Shown here: positions 49,192 to 62,195 of the stretch, piece by piece
Layout of the letters: the number at the start of each line of letters is the position of its first letter
Position numbering within the stretch: the first letter of the stretch is position 1
DNA from: Azolla caroliniana
Taxonomy: Eukaryota > Plantae > Polypodiophyta
Assembly: GCA_043228905.1 (NCBI GenBank)
Contig: JBHGNT010000022.1
Span: forward strand, 2,418,001-2,482,000
Direction of reading: 5' to 3'
Length of the DNA: 64,000 bases
Position numbers and translations under genes: made by a program
Notes under the pieces: model-generated
The model's input: only the letters and a program-made list of their open reading frames with translations
The model's database searches: none
Told to the model about the DNA's origin: nothing

Positions 49192-50632
49192 ATCTAATTA
49201 GCGACTTAGCTAAAGCATAGTAGTAGCTAATTAGCCACTATAACTAAAGTATGGTAGTAGCTAATTAGCTACCACTTAGCTAATTAGCTACTCATCTAAA
49301 GTATGGTAGTAGTTAATTAGCTACTCAAAAGAAGTATGGTAGTAGCTAATTAGTTACCAGTTAGCTAATTAGCGACTCAGCTAAAGTATGGTAGTAGCTA
49401 ATTAGCCACTATAACTAAAGTATAACAGTACCTAATTAGCTACCACTTAACTATTTAACTATTGTACTAAACTATGGTAGTAGCTAATTAGCTAAGGGGT
49501 AGTTAATTATCTACTCAGCTAAAGTATGGCAGTAGCTATTTAGCTACCACTTAGCTAATTAGCTACTCAGCTAAAGTATGGTAGTAGCTAATTAGCGACT
49601 CAGCTAAAGGATGGTGGTAGCTAATTAGCCACTATAACAAAAGTATGGTAGTAGCTAATTAGCTACCACTTAACTATTTAGCTATTGTACTAAACTATGG
49701 TAATAGCTAATTAGCTACTCAACTAAAGTATGGTAGTAGCAAATTAGCTACCACTTAGCTAATTAGCTACTCAGCTAAAGTATGGTACTAGCTAATTAGC
49801 CACTATAACTAAAGTATGATAGTAGCTAATTAGCTACCACTTAACTAATTAGATACTATACTAAAGTATGGTAGTAGCTAGTTAGCTACCACTTAGCTAA
49901 TTAGGTACTATACTAAATTATGGTAGTAGCTAATTAGCTACCACTTAGTTATTTAGCTACTCAGCTAAAGTATGGTAGTAGCTAATTAGTTAAGTGGTAG
50001 CTAATTAGCTATTGTACTAAACAATGGTAGTAGCTAATTAGCTACTACACTATAATATGGTAGTAGCTAATTAGCTACTGTATTAAACTATGATAGTAGC
50101 TAATTAGCTACCACTTAGCTAATTAGCTACTCAGCTAAAGTATGGTAGTAGCTAATTAGCTACCACTTAGCTATTTAGCTACTGAGCTAAAGTATGGTAG
50201 TAGCTAATTAGTTAAGTGGTAGCTAATTAGCTATTGTAGTAAACTATGGTAGTGGCTAATTAGCTACAACTTAGCTAATTAGCCACTGTACTAAACTATG
50301 GTAGTAGCTAATTAGCTACCATTTAGCTAATTAGCTACTGTAGTAAACTATTTAGCTACCAGTTAGCTATGTATTAAACTATGGTAGTAGCTAATTAGCT
50401 ACTCAACTAAAGTATGGTAGTAGCTAATTAGCTACTGTACTAAACTATGGTAGTAGCTAATTAGCTAGAATTTAGCTAATTAGTTGTTGTACTAAACTAT
50501 GGTAGTAGTTAATTAACTACCACTTAGCTAATTAGCTACTCAACTAAAGTATGGTAGTAGCTAATTAGCTACCACTTAGTGAATTAGCTATTGTACTAAA
50601 CTATGGTAGTAGTTAATTAACTACCACTTAAC
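49192..50632. repeat. Minisatellite built on the palindrome GTAGCTAATTAGCTAC
   Basis: Interleaved ~33-bp (CTAAAGTATGGTAGTAGCTAATTAGCTACTCAG) and ~19-bp (CACTTAGCTAATTAGCTAC) units. Confidence 0.95.
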
Positions 50633-51553
50633 CATAGAGCTAATGAGTATGTCCATTTTATTACACAAGTCGATTTATTTATTAGGTTTAGGCGTATGCA
50701 TCCAAATATTAAAGTTTAACTACAAACATTCGAGTCTTGTAAAAAGTAACGTGCAGAAGCAAGTATGAAGACCGAACAGAAGGAAGAAAACTCAGGTTTA
50801 ATGGAGAGCTTGAGCTTACGCAGTATACGCGGGAGAGACAGAGAGAGTGTGAGAGAGAAACACAAGAACTATATTCAACACTCTATTCACTACTCTCTAT
50901 ACATATGTGTGTTCAATGAACACTTTTATACAAGTCCTAGAAGGACTGACCGAAGTACTGACAGTACTTCAATGCTCATTAAGAGCTCCTACACTAACTC
51001 CCAAATATATTCCTCACGAAATATCTTTCCTAACGGCCTCCCGGTTTACGCACCGATCCGGCCCTACCTACGCACTGGTCTGCGTATCAGTTTACACATT
51101 CGGCCTAACCGATCGGTCCCAGCTGATCCGGTCCTCGGCTTCTTCAGCCGATCCGGCCGATGTTGAGCTTGTCTCTCAACACTCCACCTCAAGCTCAACT
51201 TGAGGCTCTTTGGGATCTTCGGGCTCACAGCTCCGGTTCCTCCTGGCTTCACGCCTCGCTCGCGCTCCACGACCTGTTCGACTCTGCGCGCTTCGACCCT
51301 TCCGGTCGGCTTGTCTGCTCATGTGGCCCTTATCAGCTCTTCTGCTGTTGCGGTGTTGATGCTTCTCCTGTTGCCTTTTCTTCCACTTGGGCCTCGGTTG
51401 ATTCAGCGTATCTGAATCAAACATCCGAACCGACTCGGCTACCTCCGATCGGTTTTTGCTCTCGTCTGAGTTGGCTGTCTCCAACTCGTCTTCGGTCTTC
51501 TCGCCCTCGATGGTGTCATCTTCCCCATGCGTGGTTGGCTTCGGCTCTCTCCT

Positions 51554-54500
51554 TCAGCTGCTCCCCTTTTGTCCGCTTCCGGACTTTTCCGCGGGTCCGC
51601 CCTCGGCTTCTTCAACCGATGCTGCCTCGCTTGGTCGTTCGGGACTGTTTCTCCCCCTCAAGTTCGACACGTCAAGGTGATGCAATCCGAGCACACCGGA
51701 GAATTGCGGCAACTTGTCCAGACCAAGAGGCTTGGTGAAGATGTCGGCAGTCTGCCGATCCGTCGGAACGTACTGAAGTTCGACTTCACCGGAAAGGACA
51801 CGCTCACGGACGAAATGGTAGTGCACCTCAATGTGCTTGGTCCGTGCGTGGAAAATGGGGTTTTTCGCGAGCTGGATGCTACTGAGGTTGTCGTAGTAGA
51901 TCGTCGTCGGATCTGACACCTCCTCTTGCAGGTCCTTAAGTAGCCGCTTCAACCATATGGCTTCGCATGTCGCGACAGCCGCTCCTCAGTACTTAGCTTC
52001 GGTGCTCGATAGTGCAACTGTCGGCTGCTTCTTACTGCTCCACGCGATCGCAACACTCCCGAGGGAGAGCGCGTATCCGGACTTGGATCGGCGATCGGCG
52101 GCGTTGCCAGCCCAATCAGCATCGGTGTAGCCAACTAACTGCGCGGCTGCACCGGTCCGATATAGCAGTCCCTAGTCCTTAGTGTCGTTGACATACCGAA
52201 GTATGCGTTGCGCACACTAAAGGTGCTCCTCGGTAGGTCGCGCCATGAACTGACTGATCACCCCGACCGGATAACTGAGGTCAGGTCGGGTGATGGTCAA
52301 GTATATGAGGCTTCCGACAATTTGTCGGAACCTCGTCGGGTCACATACCTTTCCCATATTGGGACGAAGCTTGACGGTTCTGTCCAAGGAGTCGAGACAG
52401 ACTTACAGTCGGCCATCCCGAATTTGAAGAGCATACTCAGCACGTAATGACGTTGGCTGATCAATATGCCTTCGGGGGTACGGATCACTTCGATCCCGAG
52501 GAAGTAATGAAGGTCCCCCAGATCCTTCATGTCGAACGATGCTGCAAGCTGGAGCTTCACGCGGTCGAGTTCACTTAGGTCGGCGCCGGTGATGACCAAG
52601 TCATCAACATATAGTAAAATACTAACTGGTCCGAGTCGACCTTTCCGGATGAATAGGGAAGAGTCCGATTTTGAAGTGACGAAGCCCATCCGACGTAGTT
52701 GTTGCGTGATCTTCGCGTTCCAGGCACACGAGGCTTGCTTCAGTCCGTAAAGGGACTTCTTCAGTCGACATACTACCGAGGAGTTCATTCCAGAGTGAAA
52801 TCCGGGGGGCTGTACCATGTACACCTGTTCCTCAAGGTCACCTTGCAGGAACGCATTCTTTACATCCATCTGATGTAAGTGCCACCCCTTCACCGAAGCT
52901 ACTGCGAGCAAAACACGGACAGTCGTCATTTTCGCGACCGGCGCAAACGTCTCATCGTAGTCGATGACGTGTTTCTGCGCGTAGCCCTTTGCCACTAGCC
53001 GAGCCTTGTACCGGTTGACCGAGCCATCGGTGTTGTACTTGACCTTGTACACCCACCTACACCCGATCAGTTTTACCCCTCTTGGTGCGTCAACTAGGTC
53101 CCAGGTCTCGTTCTCCGCCAATGCGTGCATCTCTTCCTCCATCGCGGCACGCCAATTCACGTCTTCAGCCGCTTCTGCGTAGCTCTCCAGCTCATGCACT
53201 TCCGCTACACGGGTCATGTACGCATAATGATGTGCCATGTACTCATTGTATCCGAACCACAAAATAGGGTTCTTCTGGCGGGTAGATCGGCGTAATCTCA
53301 CATTAGCCGATGTCGAGGCCTTCTCGGTCGACGCGGACTTCACCTTTAAAGACCCGTCACCGGTTCCCTCGGAGTCGGACTCGCGTCGGTCTGACTCGTT
53401 CCTATCCGTGCCGAAATCCGACACCTTCTTCTTCCCTTTCTCTTTCCACGTAAGCCGTCTCCTCGACTTCCTACGCGGGGAATGCACGGCCGAGTCTCCA
53501 CTACTCGCCGGCTCTTCATCGGACTGATCGTACCGACTCGGTCGTCCAATCGGTCCACTTAAACGGAGTGATATCGGACTCTCTTCGCGGGTCACGATTT
53601 CGGGCTCATCCGGAGGCATCTCGGCCTCGCTGACCTCATCGTCAGAACTCGGATTGGAGTCGGGGGCTGGTACCAGGACGCAGACTCGTCAACCACAACG
53701 TCGCGGCTAACACACGCTTGTTTGGTGCAAGGGTTATAGCACTTATAACCCTTCTGCTCGTCCGAGTAGCCGACCAAGATGCATTTCTCGGCCTTTGCGT
53801 CTAGCTTCCTCCTTTTCTCCTTCGGTACATGCACATACACAATGCTACCGAACACCCTCAAGTGTCGCAAGTTCGGCTTTGTTCCGAAATATAGCTCGTG
53901 CGCCGACACTTTGTCTCCGATCCGGTTCTGGATGTATACCGCGGTCCTTACCGCCTCGGCCCAGTAGAACTTGGGCAAGCTCTTCTCCTCCAGCATTGCT
54001 TGTGCCGCTTCCACAATTGACCGATTCTTCCTCTCGGCCACGCCGTTCTGCTCCGGCGTGTATCTACAACTGAATTCGCGCCGAATTCCCATTTGTTGTA
54101 GATAAACGTTGAATTGACCAGAAAAGTACTCTTTCCCACCATCCGACCGCAGGCACTTGATCTTTCGTCCCGTTTCCGTTTCCACGAACCCTTTGAGGTC
54201 CCGGAAACAGTCGAAGACTTCGCTCTTCCTCTCAATGAGGTAGATCCACGTGTGTCGCGTGTGGTCGTCGATGAAGGAGACGAAATATCGGCTCCCGCCA
54301 AGACTAACGTTTTGTGCCGGCCCCCATACATCGGAGTGTATAAGGTCGAGCTTGTTCCGGCTACGGTTTCGCTCGTGGGGGAAAGGAAGTCGGTGTTGCT
54401 TCCCGAGCTGGCAGGCTTCACAAATTTGTGCCTTTTGGCCACTAAATTTGGGCAATCTGAACACTATCTATTTCGATTGCAGATCTTGAAGCCGCTGGTA

Positions 54501-55998
54501 GTTGAAGTGGCCTATCCGCTTGTGCCACAAGTCGATGTCCGACTCGGACTTTTGTCCCTTCGCGAACATTGCGGTGCCGCCGTCAGTGGAGTCGAGGATG
54601 AACATCCTCCCGTCTCTACGCCCTTGCGCAATCACACGACCTTCTTCCTCAATGAAACACCCGAGGTATGTAAACCTAACCTCCATCCCTTGGTCGACGA
54701 TCTGTCAAAAGGGAGAGGGAATCAATAAGCTACAAACGATGACAATAACCAAATGATTGCCTGAATAGGGGGATCTGTCCGACCGAGACCAAGTTTTTCG
54801 TGATTGTCAGAACATGCAACACGTTCATGAGTTTCCCTTTTTGCCCAACATGGCTAAGGGGAACTTCTCCGACATTCGCGATCGGATGCGGAGTGTCGTC
54901 TCCAGTTAAGACTACTCCAGGTTGTATCGGTTTTTCAAGGTACGAGAACCACTCCTTATTGCTCGCCATGTGGTTTGACGCGCCGGAGTCTACGTACCAC
55001 ACCTCGTCCGATCTCGGGGTGGTCTGTTTCATTGAATTCGCTTCGTGTCTCGTCACGAAGGCAGACCCTTCTCCGGCTCTCCCGGAGTCTTTGGCGTAGT
55101 GCGATCGCTGCCGATTTCCCTTGTCGGTATGTCCGGAGCCGTTTCCGGAACCGGTTCTCTCCGAATCGGCGCGCTTCTTCCAACACTCACTTTCCCTGTG
55201 GCCTTTCTTGCCACAGTACCAACACTCCGCGATGGCCTTCCATTGCCGGTTCTCATCGCTTCGACTCCCCCTGTTTCCGGAGGGTCCGGAGTTGCTGTCG
55301 GCATCACTTCGGTGCCTTCTTCCTTGATCTCGTCGGCAGCCTCCATTGCGCGCCGACTCGCCTCGTCCTCCACGTCCATGGGGCCTATCTCTCTCTGTGT
55401 ACAACATTCTGCTGTCGGTGTGCATGCTTGTGGACGCAGCCACGTGGTTCTCCTCTACTAGGAGCATTGACTGTAAGTCGAAAAAGGATGGTGTATTCTC
55501 CCGGGTACACACAGCCGTTCGGAACACTCCGAACTTCGACGCCAAACCTCCGAGATAGATCTGGACCATCTCGCTCTCCTCGATGTTCACCTCTATGGAG
55601 GCGAGGGAGTCACAGATATCCTTGATCTTCGAGGTATAGTCCGCCACCGACAAGTCGCGTTGTCGTAGGTTGCTCAACTCCTGTCGGAGCTAAAGCTTCC
55701 TGGTTGTGGTGCTCGCGGCGAAAATCTTCTTCAGATTTTCCCACACACCCTTCAGCGTCTTTGCATCCCGAACATAGCTCAATAGCTATTCGCCTACACA
55801 CGACGCGAAGCAGTATAATACCCTGCTCGCCGATTGCTCCCACGACGGGAAGTCTCTGTGTGCCGATTCGGGTGCCTCGTCATTAGCTCCTTCGACATAA
55901 CTCCAGTAGCCGTGCCCGAGCAGGTACTGGTGCATCTTGTAGGACCAAGACGTGTAGTTGGTTCTGTCGAGCTTCTCTGTTGGAAGTGAGCTCGCCAT
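51554..55998 (-). pseudogene. pol: gag-pol of copia G
   Basis: CWYCGKKGHRESEC, WYVDSGASNH, integrase ORF 53592-54464, RT YVDD ORF 52297-53619, RNase H ORF 51554-51952. Confidence 0.93.
54707..54771. other. 65-bp insertion flanked by an 8-bp direct repeat
   Basis: GATCTGTC at 54699-54706 and 54772-54779; absent from the homologous B1 site (~18190). Confidence 0.85.
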
Positions 55999-58743
55999 GC
56001 CTCCATCAATCGTTCCTCTTGTTCTTCTTCGTCAAGCTGTGTCGGCTGCAGAGAGGTTCTCAACCCTCGCGCTCTGATACCATGTAAAAAGTAACGTGCG
56101 GAAACAAGTATGAAGACCGAACAGGAGGAAGAAAACTCAGGTTTAATGGAGAGCTTGAGCTTACGCAGTATACGCGGGAGAGACAGAGAGAGTGTGAGAG
56201 AGAAACACAAGAACTATATTCAACACTCTATTCACTACTCTCTATACATATGTGTGTTCAATGAATACTTTTATACAAGTCCTAGAAGGACTGACCGAAG
56301 TACTGACAGTACTTCAATGCTCATTAAGAGCTCCTACACTAACTCCCAAATATTGTCCTCACGGAATATCTTTCCTAACGGCCTCCTGGTTTACACACCG
56401 ATCCGGTCCTACCTACGCACCGGTCTGCGTACCGGTTTACGCATTCAGCCTAACCGATCGGTCCTCGGCTTCTTCAGCCGATCCGGCCGATGTTGAGCTT
56501 GTCTCTCAACAAGTCTCTTAAGCGACATTTTGTGAGACGCTTGAAGGATCGATACACATGTTGTTGCATTTACCATGTACGAATGGGTTTTCTCAAGGAC
56601 TCTATTAATCTACTATGTCACCATAGCGCCTCTCTAACAAATGTAGTTTGCACTTGTGGGTGCCCAATTTGTCGATCGGCCCCGCATGAGCACTGTACAT
56701 CATATGAGCATGTTATCTCTTCCATGAGTTGTCTTTTAGATTTAGTATTGTGTCCGATAGAAACGGAGGCCATCTTCCACAATCATAAATGTGTCATGGG
56801 TTTATGTCAAGATTGTGGCCCTAGTAGATTTAGGTGGTGTCCAAATCAATTGAGTAGTGAAATACTACCAATTTTGAAGGAAAGGTGTGTAAAAGAAAGT
56901 ATCTAGTTAGGAAGTCACTTAAACCAAGGGATTTGGCGTCTCTATTTGTAGTATCTCTAGGAAAGTTCATTAAACACAACTTCATTTATTCATGGCAAGC
57001 CCATCAATTTAAGACTTGCATATCTAATTTTCCAAATGATGTAGTAGTCTCAGTAGTAGATTTCGCATAGATTATACTTTCAAGCACCAGAATGAAATTC
57101 AATCTATGCATTGGTGTTCAACGCACGTACCCATTTTTGTGCACATAACATATTTTCGAGTTTCAGGTGATGTTAAAAAAGTAATTCATTTTTTTATTTC
57201 TGATGATAAGAAGCATGATACCTTGTTCGTCCAACATTGTTTTAACTTACATTAGCAATGGTTATTATCTAAACGTTTGGAGCTTACTCAACATTGGGTC
57301 TGGTCTGATGAAGATGCGTCACAATTCAAGGCTAGACGTCCATTTTATTTTGTAGGGAGGTATCCTGCTATAACAGGTTTGGAGATGAGATGGATTTTTT
57401 TTGGGTCTGGCCATGGTAAAGGTGAACATGATGGTGCAGGTGCTGTTATAAAGCAGACACTTACTCATGAACAACTAAAGGCAGATGGTGTGCAGATGAA
57501 TTGTGCAACACATGTAGTTGAATTTTTAAGAGCTAATATATCAACGAGTGCAACTGGTGTTTATTCCTCGCAGGTTCGAGATATCAAATGTGAATTTTGG
57601 GATGTGAAGATAGATGAAGTAAATAGGGAGAAGACCTGGGAGTGCCAAGGAATTCCCAAATTGTGAGCTCTCCATGTTGTTCGCGGTTATTATAGGTTGG
57701 ATGATCATTGTATTGCGGTTAGAGAATTAACTTGTTTTTTCTTCCATTGTGTGCAGGGAAATTGGAGGTATTGTTTAAACAAAGCATATATTCAGAATTG
57801 GGAGTATCATACATTGAACAATAAGGAAGCAGTTGATGGAGAAACAAAAACGAATGCTGACTTCACATATCAAGGACGTGGAGATACTCTGAGTGATGTC
57901 TTAAATGTTGGGGATAATTTCATTGTAAATGCAAAAGAAGGCAATTCAAAGGGTGTTGATTTTTCTATATATTGAAGCGCACGGTTAGTAAATAGTGTGC
58001 AACGCAGAATATATTAGATGCTTGGGGAAATGTTGTATCTACCGGGACATTCTACATCAAAGGTATTTTTTATGCAAGACTAGATTATTACGATTATATG
58101 TACATAGGCTATTAGAAGACAAACCAGTGGCGTACATGTACTCTCATTTAGTCAGGTGTATCAATGTCCCAATGTCGCAATACAATAGCTGCTCAGGTTT
58201 ATACACAGTTAGTGCTAATGTGTATGAATGTATTTACAACAGTATGCCATGGAATTTGTAGCTACAAGTAGTAATTACCAGTTTTCTTGTAAAACAAACA
58301 AAGCACATGTACTGCAAATAAACAGTTTAATGGACTTGTTTGGGAGTTTTTTTTTATATACAGTCTACTTTTTGTGCTTCTTTCTCAACAAAATTGTGTG
58401 TCATTTTTATATACAGTCTTCTTTCTAATATACAATTTAATAATATCGTTTAGGGTTCTTCTTTCTGAGATACAAATTTACTCAAGTGAACCATGTATAA
58501 GTTAAAATGGTTTGCATAATTTTAAGAGAAAGCACTATCATGAAATCAGCAATCCTGAACATAGTCTTAAAATTACACAGTAGATAAGTTTCTCAAAACA
58601 AGCAATTTAATTCTTCATTGATTAAGTGGTAGCAAATTACATATTTATAACATCCCATTGCCAATGTCTTGAAATCTCCTATAAATAGCTAAGCTCTTGC
58701 TAGTCAATGGAACTTCTCTACATATATGATCTGCATATTGAGC

Positions 58744-61700
58744 TCAGTATGGAGTCCACAACCATGTAGCTAGTTGGCAGCTCAATGTTTTCACCAAATA
58801 GTGTTCAAGCATTTCATCGGGTAGAATGAGACAGCATCTACGAATGTTGAAGTAATGTTGGAAATGTTCTGTATCCAGAATCAACGTATTGTCGGCGTTA
58901 TAATATGGCCAAATGTCCCAAAAATCAGAAAATCTTTTGAATCTTGCAACATCATTGTGGTCACAATTCTCTCGTGTCCACTGACCCTTGAAATGTTGTC
59001 GCCACTTCGGGAAGAATCTTTCTACACACTTCCACACATCTGTATGTGGTTTTTCGCTCCAAATAAACAAATCAAAGTATTGCACAGCCCACTCCAGAAA
59101 TTGATTTGCGTCCCTCCTTGGTGTCATATATCACACACTCATCAGGACTTTATCAAGCTCCAAGATCAAGGATCTTCTTTCAACTTCTAATGGTTTAGGT
59201 TTCCATTCTTGTAACTGAGCCTCTGTTACACCAATTATTGGTAGCACACAATCAATTTTCAATGAACTCAGGTTCTGTCAGCACAATTGGTGTCCTTTCC
59301 CTCTTCAAACCCTTGGTCCACTGTGTTGGGCCTGGCTTCACATTCTGGTGCTCTTGTGTTCTCGACTTAGTCATTGGCTCAGTGCATGTAGATACTGATC
59401 TGGTCAATATCAGCCCATTGGTATCACATGTTGCATCTACTTGCAAAATCAAATCATCTATGCAACATGCTTGATCAACTTGCGTGACCAGATCATTTGT
59501 GTCAGTTGCTGCATCTACTTTCACGATGTGGCCCTCTAAACACGCAACAACATCAACAGTTTCCACACTGCCATCGGCCGTAGGAGCAATAGATTCAAAC
59601 CCTTTAGACTCTGCAAAATCAGAAAACACCAACATATGCACACTCACAAAGTAACTAATAGTCTCACAAAACAACATAATGAACATGAAATATTTTCTAT
59701 CATAGAAACATGAACATAATTATCTTGGAAAAACATCATAGAGTTCCATTACATAATGTGGATCAAGCAACAACCAATCTGAGGTTTTACTTGTCCAAAT
59801 AGATCATAGTAAAACTTCATAAAACCCTAGGAAAATCGCTAACAATCATATCCCACTAATAAGTATTTCGCTCCAATTCACGAGCCCCTTGACCGAGTAA
59901 TTGGTCTTGTCCCCGATCATGGCCCCTTCTTCAACCTTTTTCTAGCCGGTTGCCCATTTAGCCTTGCTTCTTTGACCCATTGTGCAAGTGTGTCCTCCGC
60001 CGACAACCTTTCCATCACCTCAGCAGTGGCTTGCAAGTCAGCTGCGTCTTGCACTAGCTTTTCTAGTACAGTGGGATCTGTTTGGACATTATGAGTCTCA
60101 GTGGGGTGGAATCAAGGTTTTGGGATTCGAAGAAATGTTGCATCAAGTGTTCAAAAACACTATTGTTGTGAACCTTAGATTTATATGTTTCAAATATTTC
60201 AAATATTTCATGGCTTTTCACATCGTTGCCTACTTCATTACCATCTTCCAAAAGAATAGGCTGGAGCTGCTCTGAAGGAGATGTGATAGCAGGACTCTTA
60301 CTTTCAGCCACGTTGGCAACTATCTCCTCATCGGTTGTAGCGTCATCAGCACGAGACAGCTCATGCGCCCTCCTTAATCCACAAGATTCTACAACAACAT
60401 GGTCGCTAATTAGCTACATCTTAGCTAACTACCTATTCTTCTAGACTATGACAGTAGCTAATTAGCTACTTCGCTTAGGTATGGTACTAGATAATTACCT
60501 ACTCAACTAAAGTATGGTACTAGCTAATTAGCCACTATAACTAAACTATGGTAGTAGCTAATTAGCTACTACTTACCTAATTAGCTATTGTATTAAACTA
60601 TGGTAGTAGTTAATTAGCTACCACTTAGCTAATTAGCTACTGTACTAAACTATGGTAGTAGTTAATTAGCTACAACTTAGCTAATTAGCTACTCGGCTAA
60701 AGTATGGTAGGAGCTAATTAGCTATCACTTAGCTAATTAACTACATGTTAGGTAATTAGCTACTACACTACAACCATAATAGCTAAATAGTTTCCACACT
60801 TTATATAGCTTACCTAATTAGCAAAGATGGAACTAACTAGCTACACTATGGTCACAAGCAGCAATTTTACCTGTGTTTTTTCTCCACTCATTTGGGAGAG
60901 TTGTACTGCAATCCCCCAAACAGAATGCAGCAATGTGATAGGCATATTGAAAACAAATGATATGGTATGTGTGCTGGTATGGTTGTAGGTGAACCAATAG
61001 AGTAGCAGATTTGTCCTCTACACGTAATCCACAAGCGATGCAACGTGCTTGAACAGTCAATATATCATTTCCTGGTTCTCCTTCATTTGGTAAGGGAGCA
61101 AGAATGTTCAAGTCCAATTCTTGTCTGCTCCTTACTATCCCCTCCGCAAAATGTAGTTGCTTCTTAAGGCAACTAACTACCTGTTCTTGACGGGAGTATT
61201 GTTCCTTCAATGCAGTTGAGAAATTTACCGATTAATTATTCCTTAATGAGGAAGATACAACAACAAGAAACAAGAATCATTAACTTACTTGTAGCTTTTC
61301 CATATTGTAATCAACGATAATATTTACACCTAGAAGGTCCAGGCTCATTGAAAGAACCTGGATCTCTGTCTATAGTTGAATTTTCCGCTGGGGATCCAAC
61401 GACCCCTCAATTTCAAGTTCCTGTTATGCACCCTGTTCCAGATAATGCCTCAGTAGCACATTTTCATGTACAAGTTTTTTATAACATATTACATACTAGC
61501 AAAACAATATGTACCTAAATCTTATTTCTCATTGTTGTAACTGCCAAAGTGACTTTGCTCTCCATCGCAACAGCCAATGTTGGTTTCTCTAAATTAGTCT
61601 TAAAAAACTCCAATGTGTCACAGGATTCATGGACATTTTTTAGCATATAGCTAATCAATGTCTCACCTGTATCATTGGCATTGGATTTCATTGTGTGTTG

Positions 61701-62195
61701 GTGTGGCATATACTTGCGGGTTTGTTGGGAGTCGGCAGGTGCATCATCAACTGCCATGCTCCAAAATCTTGCCATTTTTTGTTGCAACCTCCCCATCTTC
61801 CGACATCTTTCTACCGATGCCGCACCATAAATTGCCCAAGCTACCCTATACATTTCAGGGTCATGAGATTCCTTCGTTGTTTTGCAATACTCGTATGCAA
61901 AAGCTCTCGCAAATGAAACGGATAACTCATTGTTGACCAGGATCTCTTGATGTACTTCTGGTGTAGTCTCATGCAGTCGTCGTACAGGTATGGTCATACA
62001 TTCTTGAGCTTGACCTTGCCTTTCACTCTAGGCACTTTATATACTAACATCCAATCTACATCACTAATCAATCTATTTGTTAGAACAACAGGGTCAATAC
62101 CCTTGAACGACAGACCATATATGTTGTGAAAGTTCTCCTTTGTCTCCAAAATTTTGCGAAGTTCAGCACTCTAGGATAGGGAGGAACAAGCCACC
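58744..62195 (-). pseudogene. Multi-exon cargo gene: unknown N-terminal domain, coiled coil, RING-like finger, FCP1/NIF-like phosphatase domain
   Basis: ORF 60833-61210 has CIAC...PYQHTYHIIC...CLGDC. LILELDKVL at 59143-59169 plus ORF 58744-59127 (RRDANQFLEWAVQYFDLFIWS...NTLILD). GT/AG sites at ~60869, ~60390, ~61288 and ~62196. Confidence 0.62.
60404..60845. repeat. Second GTAGCTAATTAGCTAC array, inside a predicted intron
   Basis: Same units and orientation as 49192-50632. Confidence 0.92.

Larger units (their letters stand above)
50738..56511 (-). mobile_element. Ty1/copia element G, full length (same lineage as B1)
   Basis: TSD AGTCT at 50733-50737 and 56512-56516. LTRs 50738-51181 and 56083-56511. 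Perfect tRNA-iMet PBS at 56071-56082, PPT at 51182-51193. Confidence 0.95.
50686..58261 (+). pseudogene. Sola2-like DDD transposase, split by copia G
   Basis: After removing 50738-56516 the sequence reads FRRMHPNIKV*LQTFESLKRHFVRRLKDRYTCCCIYH, then VVDFA, QNEIQSMHW, ISDDKKHD, WSDEDASQFK and FFGSGHGKGEHDGAG. Confidence 0.8.

Noticed and set aside
49192-50632. CRISPR-like array
   Set aside because: The intervening sequences are themselves repeated rather than unique spacers, there are no cas genes, and the context is eukaryotic.
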